A DNA stretch of 64,000 bases from Prevotella sp. (lineage in GTDB: Bacteria > Bacteroidota > Bacteroidia > Bacteroidales > Bacteroidaceae): assembly GCA_017395215.1 (NCBI GenBank), contig JAFPVW010000189.1:1473-65472 (forward strand), given 5' to 3'. The stretch's first letter is position 1. Every line of letters begins with the position of its first letter. Below, one piece after another: positions 30,151 to 40,113 of the stretch. The notes beneath the pieces were generated by a model. That model saw nothing but the letters and a program-made list of their open reading frames with translations, searched no databases and was not told the origin of the DNA. The position numbers and the translations under genes were made by a program.

Positions 30151-33006
30151 TTAACGGACGGGACGTACTGACAGACCATAGTAGCGTTCGGAAGAACCTT
30201 GTGGAACACTTTCCACATCGTTAAAACGAGGACTATAAGCATGGCTTGAAGTATATCCAAGCGTTGATGACCAATAGCGACCTCCATTCATCGTGCCTTC
30301 GTTATAACCACCTGCGTATGGAAGGAATATCCTGTTGCCATTACAGCCAATGAACGTCCGCCCCCCAACGCCATTTAGGTATTTTCCCTCATAAGATGTG
30401 GAGGTGTTGGCCCAAAGTTCTGCAAATTGATCTTTTGTCGGCATACGCCACGGAGCTCCCCAGTTGGAAGTGGCGGCATCGTAATATGTACCAGCGATGT
30501 CAGAGCCGATGTACACTAATCCATCGTTTTCGTTATAGTACTGATAAGAAGCCCAAGTGTACACATTCTTTGTGTGCGTCTCACCCCACGCATAATATCC
30601 TCCAAATTCCTCTGGAGTGCTTGCCCCCACATTGCAGCAAGCCCATAATGTGCCGCTTGGTAGGCCGAGGTCTATCATATGTGGATGGTTGTCGTCGGGA
30701 CAATAGTTCTGTTTGGTTGTAAACTGATCGGTTTTTCCGTAAATTGTTTCTCCCTCGATAATAAGGTATGCAAAGTACTTATATGTAGTATTGGGCTTTA
30801 ACCCCGTCAAATTGACAGAAAAGAGTCCACTTCCATAATTGTCCATTGCATCGAATAGCGTCTTCCCTGTTTCTCCTTCCGTGGTATAGCCAATTCCGTA
30901 GTTGGCGTTTCCGTCTATCATTTCCAATCCTTCGATTTTCCCATATACCTTCGCAGATGATGACTTGACATTAAGAGCATCAAGTGTAAGAGGATATGTT
31001 GGTATTTTGAATGTCTCTTCAGGAGAAGCAACAATTGTCCCACCAAACAATTTCACTATGGGACGAACCGTATATTCCGTAATCGGTGACAAGTCTGTGA
31101 AAATCGTATTGTATTCGCTCAGAGACCAGCTGTCCTTGTTAAGATAGGTTTCCTCACAAAAATGGCTGTCTGGAATGTTATTGTTATCATCCCATAATCC
31201 TATACCTACAGAAACAGGGAATAGTAAATTATTTTCAGGAATGACGGAAACAGCAGCAGACATCTTGTCTATGGACACAGAGGGTTTCGTGAAAGTTGGG
31301 ACTATCTTATATCGTAAAACATTAAACTTCCCAGATAAAATGTCGTGTTTGGCAGACAATTTAACCCATTTGAAAATCTTGGCTTCTGCCTTGAAAGCAG
31401 CAGATGCCTTTAAGTTTACATCAAGATAATCATCACAAAGATCTTCGTAGCTAATTGGATTCTTTATGTTTTCGGAAATACTGGCCTCTATTTCTGGCCC
31501 CGCCTTTTTCTCAATTACGAGTTTCACCATGTCTCCGTATGAATAGATTCCAGATTCCAGTTTCAGACCCAAAAACACACTGCCATCTATACTGCCTGTA
31601 ATATCTGGCTTTGAGAACCACTTGGAGGTATTACTGCCATAACCCTTAAAGATTCCATTTTCATACTTTACTCCGAATTTATAGCCCAATTTTGCATCGG
31701 TTTTTGCTACAACAGAGGCTTTTACCGCTACCTCCAATATTGGCCCACCGTTTACTTTGAAATAGAAAGGTGTATCTGGTATAGGTATTAGCAACAATGG
31801 AACCTTAGATTCTAAAGGTTCTGGATTATAAGAACCTTGAATTCCAGCCTCAAAACTTAATGAGAATTCTGGGGCTAAAGAAATATCAAAATAGACAGGT
31901 TCTCCGGTATTGTATTTAAAGGTGAAACGCAGGTCAAGTCCTGCACGCCCATCAAGAGTCGCGTATAGTCCTGTGCCAGAGGTTCCCAACGTTCCTTTAA
32001 CCTGAACAGAAGTTGAGAGATTCCCTTCAACCTTTTTTCTTGCTGCAAATCGCATTCTACCATTTTCAAATGGACTGTCGTCTATTGCTGTGTAACGACC
32101 ATAACAGATAATTTGTTCGTAAATATCTTCAAAACTAACAGAATCACAAATTATCTGTTGGCCACTCTTTGATGCCATTCTCCCCGCAAAACCTGTAGGG
32201 AATTGCTCATAGTCAAAATTGTCTAAAACCAATATGTCGTCTGTTTTGGGCAATATGTCCAATGGTGTGTCTGTGGAGAATGTCAATGTCATTCCATCTA
32301 CTCCAATAATGTAAGGTAATAATGGCTCCATTTTTACAACTTTCGGAGTGTATTTGGTTTCTGGTGTGACAAAACTTACACTATCGATGCTTGACAGAGG
32401 AATCTTATATATACTATCGGTAGTATAAACTAACTGGGTTATGGTCTCATTATGGTAGATACTGTCGGCATCATAGTTGGAGTATTCCATCTTTTCTACC
32501 TCGTCGCGGAAGAAGGCGTTGAACTGACCGTCGTTGCGGTAAATATAGAAGGTTTCGTCCGTGGGTTGTTGGTCAGAAACAGGCTTGACAGTATTCTGGC
32601 CATTAACAATGATATTAAGCATAACCGTGACATCTTCACTATTAACTACTCCGTCTCTGTTTATGTCAGCAGTATGTTCGGGAAAATCACTTCGTGTAAA
32701 ACTTATGAGATGACTGATGGTTTTCGTTACATCAACGATGTCCACCTTGTCATCCCCGTTGACGTCGCCCGGCATAACGCTTTCGTAGGTGAAACACTGC
32801 ATTTCCTCCACTGAAAACGGGGTTTCTTGGCCGTCCTTATTGACGGCCACTGTCGATTCAGCGAACGTAATCCGGGGGCTATCTTTCAATGCGTATGTTG
32901 CCATAGAGCCATTCTTTGCCCATATTACTAAATATTTTGGCGTTTCTGTAGCCACTGCCATAAGGCTGGTTATTGCAAGCAATAGGGTCAGTAGATTCTT
33001 TTTCAT
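30151..33006 (-). CDS. Large surface protein: dockerin, Fn3-like and C-terminal DUF1566/CLec-like domain
   Basis: Signal peptide from ATG 33006; GDVNGDDKVDIVD dockerin; LTGLKPNTTY; DLGLPSGTLWACCNVGA...YWSST...GLSVRPVR; low GC. Confidence 0.82.
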   Translation of the reverse strand: MKKNLLTLLLAITSLMAVATETPKYLVIWAKNGSMATYALKDSPRITFAESTVAVNKDGQETPFSVEEMQCFTYESVMPGDVNGDDKVDIVDVTKTISHLISFTRSDFPEHTADINRDGVVNSEDVTVMLNIIVNGQNTVKPVSDQQPTDETFYIYRNDGQFNAFFRDEVEKMEYSNYDADSIYHNETITQLVYTTDSIYKIPLSSIDSVSFVTPETKYTPKVVKMEPLLPYIIGVDGMTLTFSTDTPLDILPKTDDILVLDNFDYEQFPTGFAGRMASKSGQQIICDSVSFEDIYEQIICYGRYTAIDDSPFENGRMRFAARKKVEGNLSTSVQVKGTLGTSGTGLYATLDGRAGLDLRFTFKYNTGEPVYFDISLAPEFSLSFEAGIQGSYNPEPLESKVPLLLIPIPDTPFYFKVNGGPILEVAVKASVVAKTDAKLGYKFGVKYENGIFKGYGSNTSKWFSKPDITGSIDGSVFLGLKLESGIYSYGDMVKLVIEKKAGPEIEASISENIKNPISYEDLCDDYLDVNLKASAAFKAEAKIFKWVKLSAKHDILSGKFNVLRYKIVPTFTKPSVSIDKMSAAVSVIPENNLLFPVSVGIGLWDDNNNIPDSHFCEETYLNKDSWSLSEYNTIFTDLSPITEYTVRPIVKLFGGTIVASPEETFKIPTYPLTLDALNVKSSSAKVYGKIEGLEMIDGNANYGIGYTTEGETGKTLFDAMDNYGSGLFSVNLTGLKPNTTYKYFAYLIIEGETIYGKTDQFTTKQNYCPDDNHPHMIDLGLPSGTLWACCNVGASTPEEFGGYYAWGETHTKNVYTWASYQYYNENDGLVYIGSDIAGTYYDAATSNWGAPWRMPTKDQFAELWANTSTSYEGKYLNGVGGRTFIGCNGNRIFLPYAGGYNEGTMNGGRYWSSTLGYTSSHAYSPRFNDVESVPQGSSERYYGLSVRPVR

Positions 33007-33028
33007 CGTATTTTTAGTTTTAGGAATA

Positions 33029-33185
33029 AGAAAAGGCGTAAACCATCCGATGCTTATTCTCTGAACCTGGTTACCGGCAAGTGACCATACAATGCAAACA
33101 AGCAAGAACAGTCCACGCCCTAGGCGTGAACCTTCTGGACTGCTTGCTCTCGCATTGGAATATTTGCCGGTATTCTGTTCAGAGA
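33029..33185 (-). ncRNA. Structured 5' leader (candidate cis-regulatory RNA), copy 2
   Basis: Nested stems tctctgaac/gttcagaga, taccggcaa/ttgccggta, caatgc/gcattg, agcaag/cttgct, apical gtccacgccctaggcgtgaac. Confidence 0.6.
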
Positions 33186-33524
33186 GAGACAAGAGCAGAA
33201 AGCTCTAATCCTTAAAAAGTCAGCCGGACGGGTGTTGACACGCAATCCTTCCTCGTTGGTTAGTAATTTGCGTTAATTGTACCCGTCTTGGGGGCGAAGC
33301 ACCTTGTGCCGCCTATTTCCCCCGTTGTTTTGTTGCTATGTCATAGTAGTCACGTTTTAAAAGTTTTACATTATTCTGTTTCCATGTCTCTTGATATGTT
33401 TCAGACTGCAAATATAAGGAGTTTTTCCGTAAGTTCCAAATATTTCGGGGAAAAAATCACTTTGCTGGAGTTTTGTATCCCCCTCGGGGGACGAGGGGGG
33501 GCCCAGAGCCTGTTCAAATAGTAG

Positions 33525-33593
33525 TATGTAACATTATTATAAGTTAACGATACAAAATGCGGCACTTGTTGCCGCATTTTTTTATTACCTTTG
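33525..33593 (+). promoter_or_regulatory. GH30-GH43-GH127/146 operon promoter with candidate activator site
   Basis: -7 element TACCTTTG at 33586; motif at 33525 shared with 25036. Confidence 0.55.
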
Positions 33594-33611
33594 CACCGTA
33601 AAACTGTAAAT

Positions 33612-36158
33612 ATGAGGAAAAGTCTACTCTTACTGGCTTCTTTGCTGCTGACGGCGACGCTGTCGGCACAGCGTGCTACGGTGCGCATCAACGCCCAGAC
33701 CAAGTATCAACACATCACGGGCTTCGGCGGCTTCGTCTGCTCGCCACAGTTCACCTACAACCACATGTCGACCGCCGAGATCAAGAAGGTGTGGGGCGAG
33801 ACGAGCACCGTGGGCTGCAACATCATGCGCCTCTACATCCCCATCGGCAAGAACTCCTGGGGTCAGTCCTTGGCTACGGCGAAGCTGGCCAAGCAGATGG
33901 GGCTCATCGTCTTCGCCTCACCGTGGGGGCAGCCTGCCGAATGGAAGACCAACGGCACCAGCAATGCCAAAAACTCGGACGGCACCCAGGGCTACCTGAA
34001 GAAGGAGAACTGGGCCGACTACGCCCAGTATCTGGAGGACTACGTGCAGTACCTGCGCAAGAACGGCGTCGAGCTGGATGCCATCTCCATCCAGAACGAG
34101 CCCGACTGGCCTGCCGACTACGCCGGCTGCATGTGGTCGGCCACCGACATTGCCTCGTTCGTCAAGACCTACGGCCGCACCATCAGCTGTAAGATCATGG
34201 CCCCCGAGACACTGGCCGTCAGCGACAGCTACGCCAACGCGCTGAACAAGACCGACATCCTGCCGTGCTTCGACATCTACGGCGGCCACCAGTACGGCGG
34301 CATACAGTCGGCCTACAAGAACCTCGCCTCCAAAGGTAAGGAGATCTGGATGACGGAGTACCTCATCAACTGGAACGAGGGCCAGTCTTCCACCCGCAAC
34401 TTCGACTTCACGAAGGACTTCTTCAACTTCTTCCGGGCCATCAACACGTGTATGCTCGGCAACTTCAACGCCTGGATTCACTACGCCGCCAAGCGCTACT
34501 ACGCCATGATGGGCGACGGCCAGAACGGTGCAGGCAGCAGCGGCACCATCACCAAGCGAGGCTACGTGATGGCTCACTTTGCACGCTTCGTGACAGGCAT
34601 GGACCGCATCGGCGCCACGTTCGGTGGCGGCCTTGAGGGCTCGGCCTACCAGTCGCAATCGGGCGACACGGTAGCCGTTGTGATGGCCAATGCCACCGAC
34701 AAGGACGTGGAGCTGACCCTTGACCTGCCTTTCTACACCAAGGGCACGTCCCTCTATACGACAACAAAGTCAAAGAGCTTCACTGCCAAGCAATCATCGC
34801 TCGACGAGGAGACCTGCCGCCCCGTCGTCACCATCCCGGCGCAGAGCGTAGCCACCGTCTACACCATCCGCAGCCGCGACCGCCAGCCTTCGAACATGAA
34901 GGGCACGGCCACCCGCTTCGACCGCATCGACGACATGGCAATCACCAAGACGAACTTCGGCACGACCTATAAGCTGTCGGGAAAGAACAAGACCTTCGAC
35001 AGCAGCAACCCGCTCATATCCAGCCGTAAGAACACCAACTACGGCTACGTGGCACTCAGCGACCGCTATTCGCAGTTAGTCATGCACATCAAGAAGGTGA
35101 CGACGACCAGCGGACTGACCGCCGGCGGCACCAAACTGCTCTATGTCAACGCCAAGGGACAGGTGGCCACCCACGACTACGGCCGGCTGGACCTGAGCCA
35201 GGCCCAGGACTTCGATCTCGTCTTCGACCTCTCGCCCGCCACCCTTGAGGACGGCTGCATCGGTCTGCTGTCGCTGACCTGCGACAACACCCAGTCGCAC
35301 CTGAGCATCACCTTCGGCGATGTCTACTTCGGCAACGACTATGCCGGTAAGCTCAGCGGCGCCTACGTGGCCGACGACTCGAACGTGATGGACTACAGCG
35401 GCGACGCAGCCTGCACCAGCATCGACGTGAGCGGCGTCACCGACCTGCCGACCCAGCTGCCGTGGCTTGCAGGCACCAACCGCGTGGTCTTCGCTGCCGA
35501 GGACAGTCCGCTGACGGGCGACAACATCGTGACGGGAACCACCTGCCGCAGTCTTGTGCTGCGGGCCGACGGCGGCGACTTCCGTCCCGCCAAGGCCTTC
35601 ACGGCTGACAAGGCCACGTTCACCTGCACTGTCGACGGCTACCGCCTGCTGATGCTGCCCTTCTCGGCCAATGCGCCTGAGGGCGTCAGGATATATACTA
35701 TCGACCATGAACTTTCACTGGTTGAGATGCGCTCCGTGCCAGCCCACCAGCCCGTACTCATCGAGGCGCAGGGCGAAGTGACCTTTACCGGTCAGGGCGA
35801 GGTGTCCTACGCAGTCAGTCCGCTCGACGATGTGCTTCGTGGCACATACTCCAGTGCGCCGCTGTTTGCCGGCGACTTCGTGCTCGAAAGCCAGGATGGC
35901 CAAATAGGGCTGCGCCGCTTAGAAGCTGCCTCCACGCTGCAGCCGTTCGGCGTCTATGCCCGTCCTGACCACGACGGTGCCTTTGTTCCCATCGGCTTAG
36001 AGCCCAACGGCATAGTTAACGTTAACCTTAACCCTAACGCTAACCTTAACCTTAACGACGCGTACGACCTGACGGGACGCCGTGTCAGCCCGCAGACCAA
36101 AGGACTGGTCATCAGCCGCAATAAAGAAGGAAAACCAATCAAACTATTCATAAGATGA
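33612..36158 (+). CDS. GH30 xylanase-like glycoside hydrolase with T9SS CTD
   Basis: YQHITGFGG, FASPW, SIQNEPD, IWMTEY; C-terminal YDLTGRRV. Confidence 0.88.
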   Translation: MRKSLLLLASLLLTATLSAQRATVRINAQTKYQHITGFGGFVCSPQFTYNHMSTAEIKKVWGETSTVGCNIMRLYIPIGKNSWGQSLATAKLAKQMGLIVFASPWGQPAEWKTNGTSNAKNSDGTQGYLKKENWADYAQYLEDYVQYLRKNGVELDAISIQNEPDWPADYAGCMWSATDIASFVKTYGRTISCKIMAPETLAVSDSYANALNKTDILPCFDIYGGHQYGGIQSAYKNLASKGKEIWMTEYLINWNEGQSSTRNFDFTKDFFNFFRAINTCMLGNFNAWIHYAAKRYYAMMGDGQNGAGSSGTITKRGYVMAHFARFVTGMDRIGATFGGGLEGSAYQSQSGDTVAVVMANATDKDVELTLDLPFYTKGTSLYTTTKSKSFTAKQSSLDEETCRPVVTIPAQSVATVYTIRSRDRQPSNMKGTATRFDRIDDMAITKTNFGTTYKLSGKNKTFDSSNPLISSRKNTNYGYVALSDRYSQLVMHIKKVTTTSGLTAGGTKLLYVNAKGQVATHDYGRLDLSQAQDFDLVFDLSPATLEDGCIGLLSLTCDNTQSHLSITFGDVYFGNDYAGKLSGAYVADDSNVMDYSGDAACTSIDVSGVTDLPTQLPWLAGTNRVVFAAEDSPLTGDNIVTGTTCRSLVLRADGGDFRPAKAFTADKATFTCTVDGYRLLMLPFSANAPEGVRIYTIDHELSLVEMRSVPAHQPVLIEAQGEVTFTGQGEVSYAVSPLDDVLRGTYSSAPLFAGDFVLESQDGQIGLRRLEAASTLQPFGVYARPDHDGAFVPIGLEPNGIVNVNLNPNANLNLNDAYDLTGRRVSPQTKGLVISRNKEGKPIKLFIR
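36015..36056 (+). repeat. Hexamer coding repeat (7 x NNTAAC) in the CTD linker
   Basis: gttaac gttaac cttaac cctaac gctaac cttaac cttaac. Confidence 0.8.
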
Positions 36159-37762
36159 AAAGAACAGCATTAGCATTGACAATGGCGCTGGCCCTGACAG
36201 CACCGACGGCCGCAACGGCCCAAGACAGCACAATGATCCACAACCCGATGCTCTGGGCCGACACTCCCGACCCCGACGTCATCCGCGTCGGCGACACCTT
36301 CTACTTGGTCACCACCACGATGCACCTCATGCCCGGTGCACCGGTGATGGCCTCGAAGGACCTGAAAAACTGGGAGACCGTGGGCTATATCTTCGACCGG
36401 CTGACCGACTCGCCGAAGTACGACCTGCAGGAGGGTACGGTCTACGGCCGCGGCCAGTGGGCCACGTCGCTGAAGTATCACGACGGCAAGTTCTGGGCAC
36501 TCCTGGCCCCCAACGAGGGCGGCCCCATGGGCGACACCTATATCTTTACCGCCCCGAAGGCTGAGGGACCGTGGACCATCCACGCCCGTCTGCGCCACTT
36601 CCACGACGCCACGCTCTTCTTCGACGACGACGGCACGCCCTACGTATTCTTCGGAACGGGCGAGATGTGCCAGCTGACGCGCGACCTGAAGGGCGTCGTC
36701 GAGGGCTCGCTCCGTCACTACTTCCAGCGCGAGGCCGACGAGCGCGGTCTGCTTGAAGGAACCCGCGTCATCAAGCATAACGGCACCTACTATGCCCAGC
36801 TCATCAGCCACGTCTATGCGCCCGGCCGTCACCGCCGCGAGGTGTGCTACCGCACGAAGGACCTGAAGGGCACGTGGGAGAAGAACGTCATTCTCGAGAG
36901 CGATTTCGGCGGCTTCTCTTATCTGGCTCAGGGCACCATCGTCGATACCGAGGACGGCGACTGGTACGGCATCATGTTCCAGGACCGTGGCGGCGTGGGC
37001 CGTGTGTTGACGCTGTCGCCCGTGCGCTGGATTGACGGCTGGCCAATGCTTGGCGACGAGCGCGGCAAGGTGCCCGACGTGGTGCGCCCCTACCGCAGCG
37101 GTCAGCCCAAGAAGGAAATCGTCTGCGCCGACGATTTCAGTAACACGAAGCTCGGCCTGCACTGGCAGTGGAACCACAACCCCATCGACGCGGCGTGGAG
37201 CCTCAGTGAGCGCCCCGGATTCCTGCGTCTGAAGACCAACCGCGTGGTGCCTAACCTCTACCTGGCTCCCAACACGCTGACCCAGCGTATGTTCGGCCCG
37301 ACGTGCAGTGGTGTGGTCTGCATCGACTTCTCGAAGATGAAGGACGGCGACTGCGCCGGCTTCTGTGCCTTCAACGGCGACTCGGGCGTGCTCACCCTGA
37401 AGAAGAACGGCAAGACCGTCTTCCTCGAGATGAGCGAGCAGAAGGTCAGCCTCTCCGACCGCGAGAAGGCCGTCACCAACGTCGACGACAAGATGATTGA
37501 AGGCGTGTCGCTGACGAAGCTGGCACCAAAGGCCAAGCAGGTCTGGCTGCGCATCGACGGCGACTTCCAGCCCGGCCATAACGACGCTGCCAACTTCTAC
37601 TACAGCCTCGACGGACAGGAGTGGAAGCAGATAGGGTCGAAGAACTACCGCTGCAACTTCGACTACCGCCGCTTCTTCATGGGCTCGAAGTTTGCCATCT
37701 TCAACTACGCCACCAAGAAGGCCGGCGGCTACATCGACGTCGACGAATTTAAATTACTGTAA
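36155..37762 (+). CDS. GH43 beta-xylosidase/arabinofuranosidase
   Basis: DTPDPDVIRVGD, SKDLKNW, HDATLFFDDDG, LEG, WQWNHNP C-terminal domain. Confidence 0.92.
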   Translation: MKRTALALTMALALTAPTAATAQDSTMIHNPMLWADTPDPDVIRVGDTFYLVTTTMHLMPGAPVMASKDLKNWETVGYIFDRLTDSPKYDLQEGTVYGRGQWATSLKYHDGKFWALLAPNEGGPMGDTYIFTAPKAEGPWTIHARLRHFHDATLFFDDDGTPYVFFGTGEMCQLTRDLKGVVEGSLRHYFQREADERGLLEGTRVIKHNGTYYAQLISHVYAPGRHRREVCYRTKDLKGTWEKNVILESDFGGFSYLAQGTIVDTEDGDWYGIMFQDRGGVGRVLTLSPVRWIDGWPMLGDERGKVPDVVRPYRSGQPKKEIVCADDFSNTKLGLHWQWNHNPIDAAWSLSERPGFLRLKTNRVVPNLYLAPNTLTQRMFGPTCSGVVCIDFSKMKDGDCAGFCAFNGDSGVLTLKKNGKTVFLEMSEQKVSLSDREKAVTNVDDKMIEGVSLTKLAPKAKQVWLRIDGDFQPGHNDAANFYYSLDGQEWKQIGSKNYRCNFDYRRFFMGSKFAIFNYATKKAGGYIDVDEFKLL

Positions 37763-37783
37763 CCACAAACCATTACCACCAAG

Positions 37784-40090
37784 ATGATGAAACGACACTT
37801 TCTGTTCTGCGCAGCCTTTATTGCACTGAGCGCTACGGCAGCCCTGCCCACGCGGGTTGAGACATTCCCCATCAGCAGCGTCCGCCTGGGCGACAGCCAG
37901 TTCCTCAAGAACCAGCAGGCCGACATCCACTACCTGCTCGGACTCGATGCCGACCGCCTGTTGGCGCCCTATCTGAAGGGAGCCGGGCTGACACCCAAGG
38001 CCGAGAACTACACCAACTGGGAGAACACCGGACTCGACGGCCACATCGGCGGCCACTACCTGTCGGCACTGAGCTATATGTATGCAGCCACGGGCAACAA
38101 GGAGGTTGAGGCCCGCATGGACTACTTTCTGAGCGAACTGCGGCGCTGTCAGGAGGCCAGCGGCGACGGCTACCTGAGCGGTGTGCCCAATCCGAAACAG
38201 ATATGGGGCGAGCTGGCACGGGGCGACATCCGCGCCAACTCCTTCGGACTGAACGACCGCTGGGTACCTCTTTATAATATTCACAAGATTTACGCCGGTC
38301 TGCGCGATGCCTACCTTATTGCCGGACGCAAGGAAGCCCGCGAGATGCTGGTGAAGCTTACCGACTGGATGATTCAGGAGGTGAGCCAGCTCAGCGACGA
38401 GCAGATACAGCAGATGCTCATCAGCGAGCAGGGCGGACTGAACGAAACCTTTGCCGACGTCTATGGCATCACCGGCGACCAGAAGTACCTGCGGCTGGCT
38501 CACCAGTTCAGCGACCAGCGCATGCTGCAGCCGCTGCTGAAGGGCGAGGACAACCTGACGGGCAAGCACGCCAACACGCAGATTCCGAAGGTCATCGGCT
38601 ACAAGCGCATTGCCGACCTCGAAGGCCTGGACGACTGGGACCGCGCCGCCCGCTTCTTCTGGGACGTGGTCATCGGCCAGCGCAGCGTCAGCATCGGCGG
38701 CAACTCCTTGCGCGAGCACTTCAATCCCACCGACGACTTCAGCGGACTGTTGGCCTCAGAGCAGGGACCTGAGAGCTGCAACACCTACAACATGCTGCGC
38801 CTGACGAAGATGCTCTACCAGACCTCGGCCGACAAGAGCTACATTGACTACTACGAGCGCGCACTCTACAACCACATCCTATCGATTTTCAACCCCGTGC
38901 AGGGCGGCTTCGTCTATTTCACGCCGATGCGCTCGGGCCACTACCGCGTCTACTCACAGCCACAGACATCGATGTGGTGCTGCGTGGGAACCGGCATCGA
39001 GAACCCCGCCCGCTATGGCGAGATGATCTATGCCCACGAGGGCAGCGACCTGCTGGTGAACCTCTTCATCCCGTCGACGCTGACGTGGAATGACCTGACC
39101 GTCATTCAGGAGAACCGCTTCCCACAGGAGCCTTCCACCGACTTGGCACTAAAGATGAAGAAAGCCCAGAAGTTTGCCCTGAAGATACGTGTGCCGAAAT
39201 GGGCGGAGGGAATGAAGGCCACTATCAACGGGGAAACCGTTGACCGCACTGAGCGCGGAGGCTACCTCGTTATCGAGCGGAAATGGCAGGACGGCGACCG
39301 CATACATGTGGATATTCCCATGCACCTGACCGCCGAGACTACGCCCGACAAGAAGGCCCAGTACTCATTCCTCTACGGTCCCATCGTGCTCGCTGCCAAG
39401 ACGGGCACCGACCGTCAGGACGGTATGTATGCCGACGACAGCCGTGGCGGCCACATCGCCAACGGTCCGAAGATTCCGCTCACCCAGATGCCTGCGCTCA
39501 TCGGTTCTGCCGATGAGGTCCTCACCCATCTCGCCCCTGTCGACGGCAAGCCCCTGAACTTCAAGCTCAGCGGCCTTACCATCCCCTCGTTCGAGGGCAT
39601 GACGCTCCAGCCGTTCTACGAGCTCTACGAGTGCCGCTACCAGATTTACTTCCCGCTCTACACGCAGCAGGAGTGGACGGCCCGCCAGCAGGAGATGGCT
39701 GCCAAGGAGCAGGCACGCATGGCCCTGGAGGCCCAGACGGTCGACAAGGTGTTCTGCGGCGAGCAGCAGTCGGAGAGCGACCACTTCTTCAGTGGCAACG
39801 GCTCGTGGAACGGCTCCGACGAGGGCATCCACTGGCGCCGTACCCGCAGCCAGTTCACCTACAAGGTGAAGGCCGACGGCGCCAAGACGCTCCGTCTGAA
39901 AGGCTTTGCCGAACGTGAGGGCTTCGTCGTGACCATTGCCGACAAACCGCTCGGCACCCTGCGCTTCAACCGTCAGGGCATCGCCACGGCTGAACTGCCC
40001 GCCGGAATCGGGGGCACCGTCACGCTCGCCATCGGCTCCGAGCAGGGACGACAGACGCCGCGCATCAGTGAAATCAGATTGTGTAAGTAA
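37784..40090 (+). CDS. GH127/GH146 beta-L-arabinofuranosidase
   Basis: GHIGGHYLSA, EQGGLNE, HANTQIPK, ESCNTYNML, WCCVGTG. Confidence 0.9.
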   Translation: MMKRHFLFCAAFIALSATAALPTRVETFPISSVRLGDSQFLKNQQADIHYLLGLDADRLLAPYLKGAGLTPKAENYTNWENTGLDGHIGGHYLSALSYMYAATGNKEVEARMDYFLSELRRCQEASGDGYLSGVPNPKQIWGELARGDIRANSFGLNDRWVPLYNIHKIYAGLRDAYLIAGRKEAREMLVKLTDWMIQEVSQLSDEQIQQMLISEQGGLNETFADVYGITGDQKYLRLAHQFSDQRMLQPLLKGEDNLTGKHANTQIPKVIGYKRIADLEGLDDWDRAARFFWDVVIGQRSVSIGGNSLREHFNPTDDFSGLLASEQGPESCNTYNMLRLTKMLYQTSADKSYIDYYERALYNHILSIFNPVQGGFVYFTPMRSGHYRVYSQPQTSMWCCVGTGIENPARYGEMIYAHEGSDLLVNLFIPSTLTWNDLTVIQENRFPQEPSTDLALKMKKAQKFALKIRVPKWAEGMKATINGETVDRTERGGYLVIERKWQDGDRIHVDIPMHLTAETTPDKKAQYSFLYGPIVLAAKTGTDRQDGMYADDSRGGHIANGPKIPLTQMPALIGSADEVLTHLAPVDGKPLNFKLSGLTIPSFEGMTLQPFYELYECRYQIYFPLYTQQEWTARQQEMAAKEQARMALEAQTVDKVFCGEQQSESDHFFSGNGSWNGSDEGIHWRRTRSQFTYKVKADGAKTLRLKGFAEREGFVVTIADKPLGTLRFNRQGIATAELPAGIGGTVTLAIGSEQGRQTPRISEIRLCK

Positions 40091-40113
40091 CAAAACAAAC
40101 AAATAAACGAAAT

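Noticed and set aside
33007-33192. N-terminal extension of the 1013-aa ORF
   Set aside because: The signal peptide starts at ATG 33006; the upstream part is better explained as a structured leader
30030-33500. Complete diversity-generating retroelement
   Set aside because: No reverse transcriptase, Avd or template repeat visible in the window
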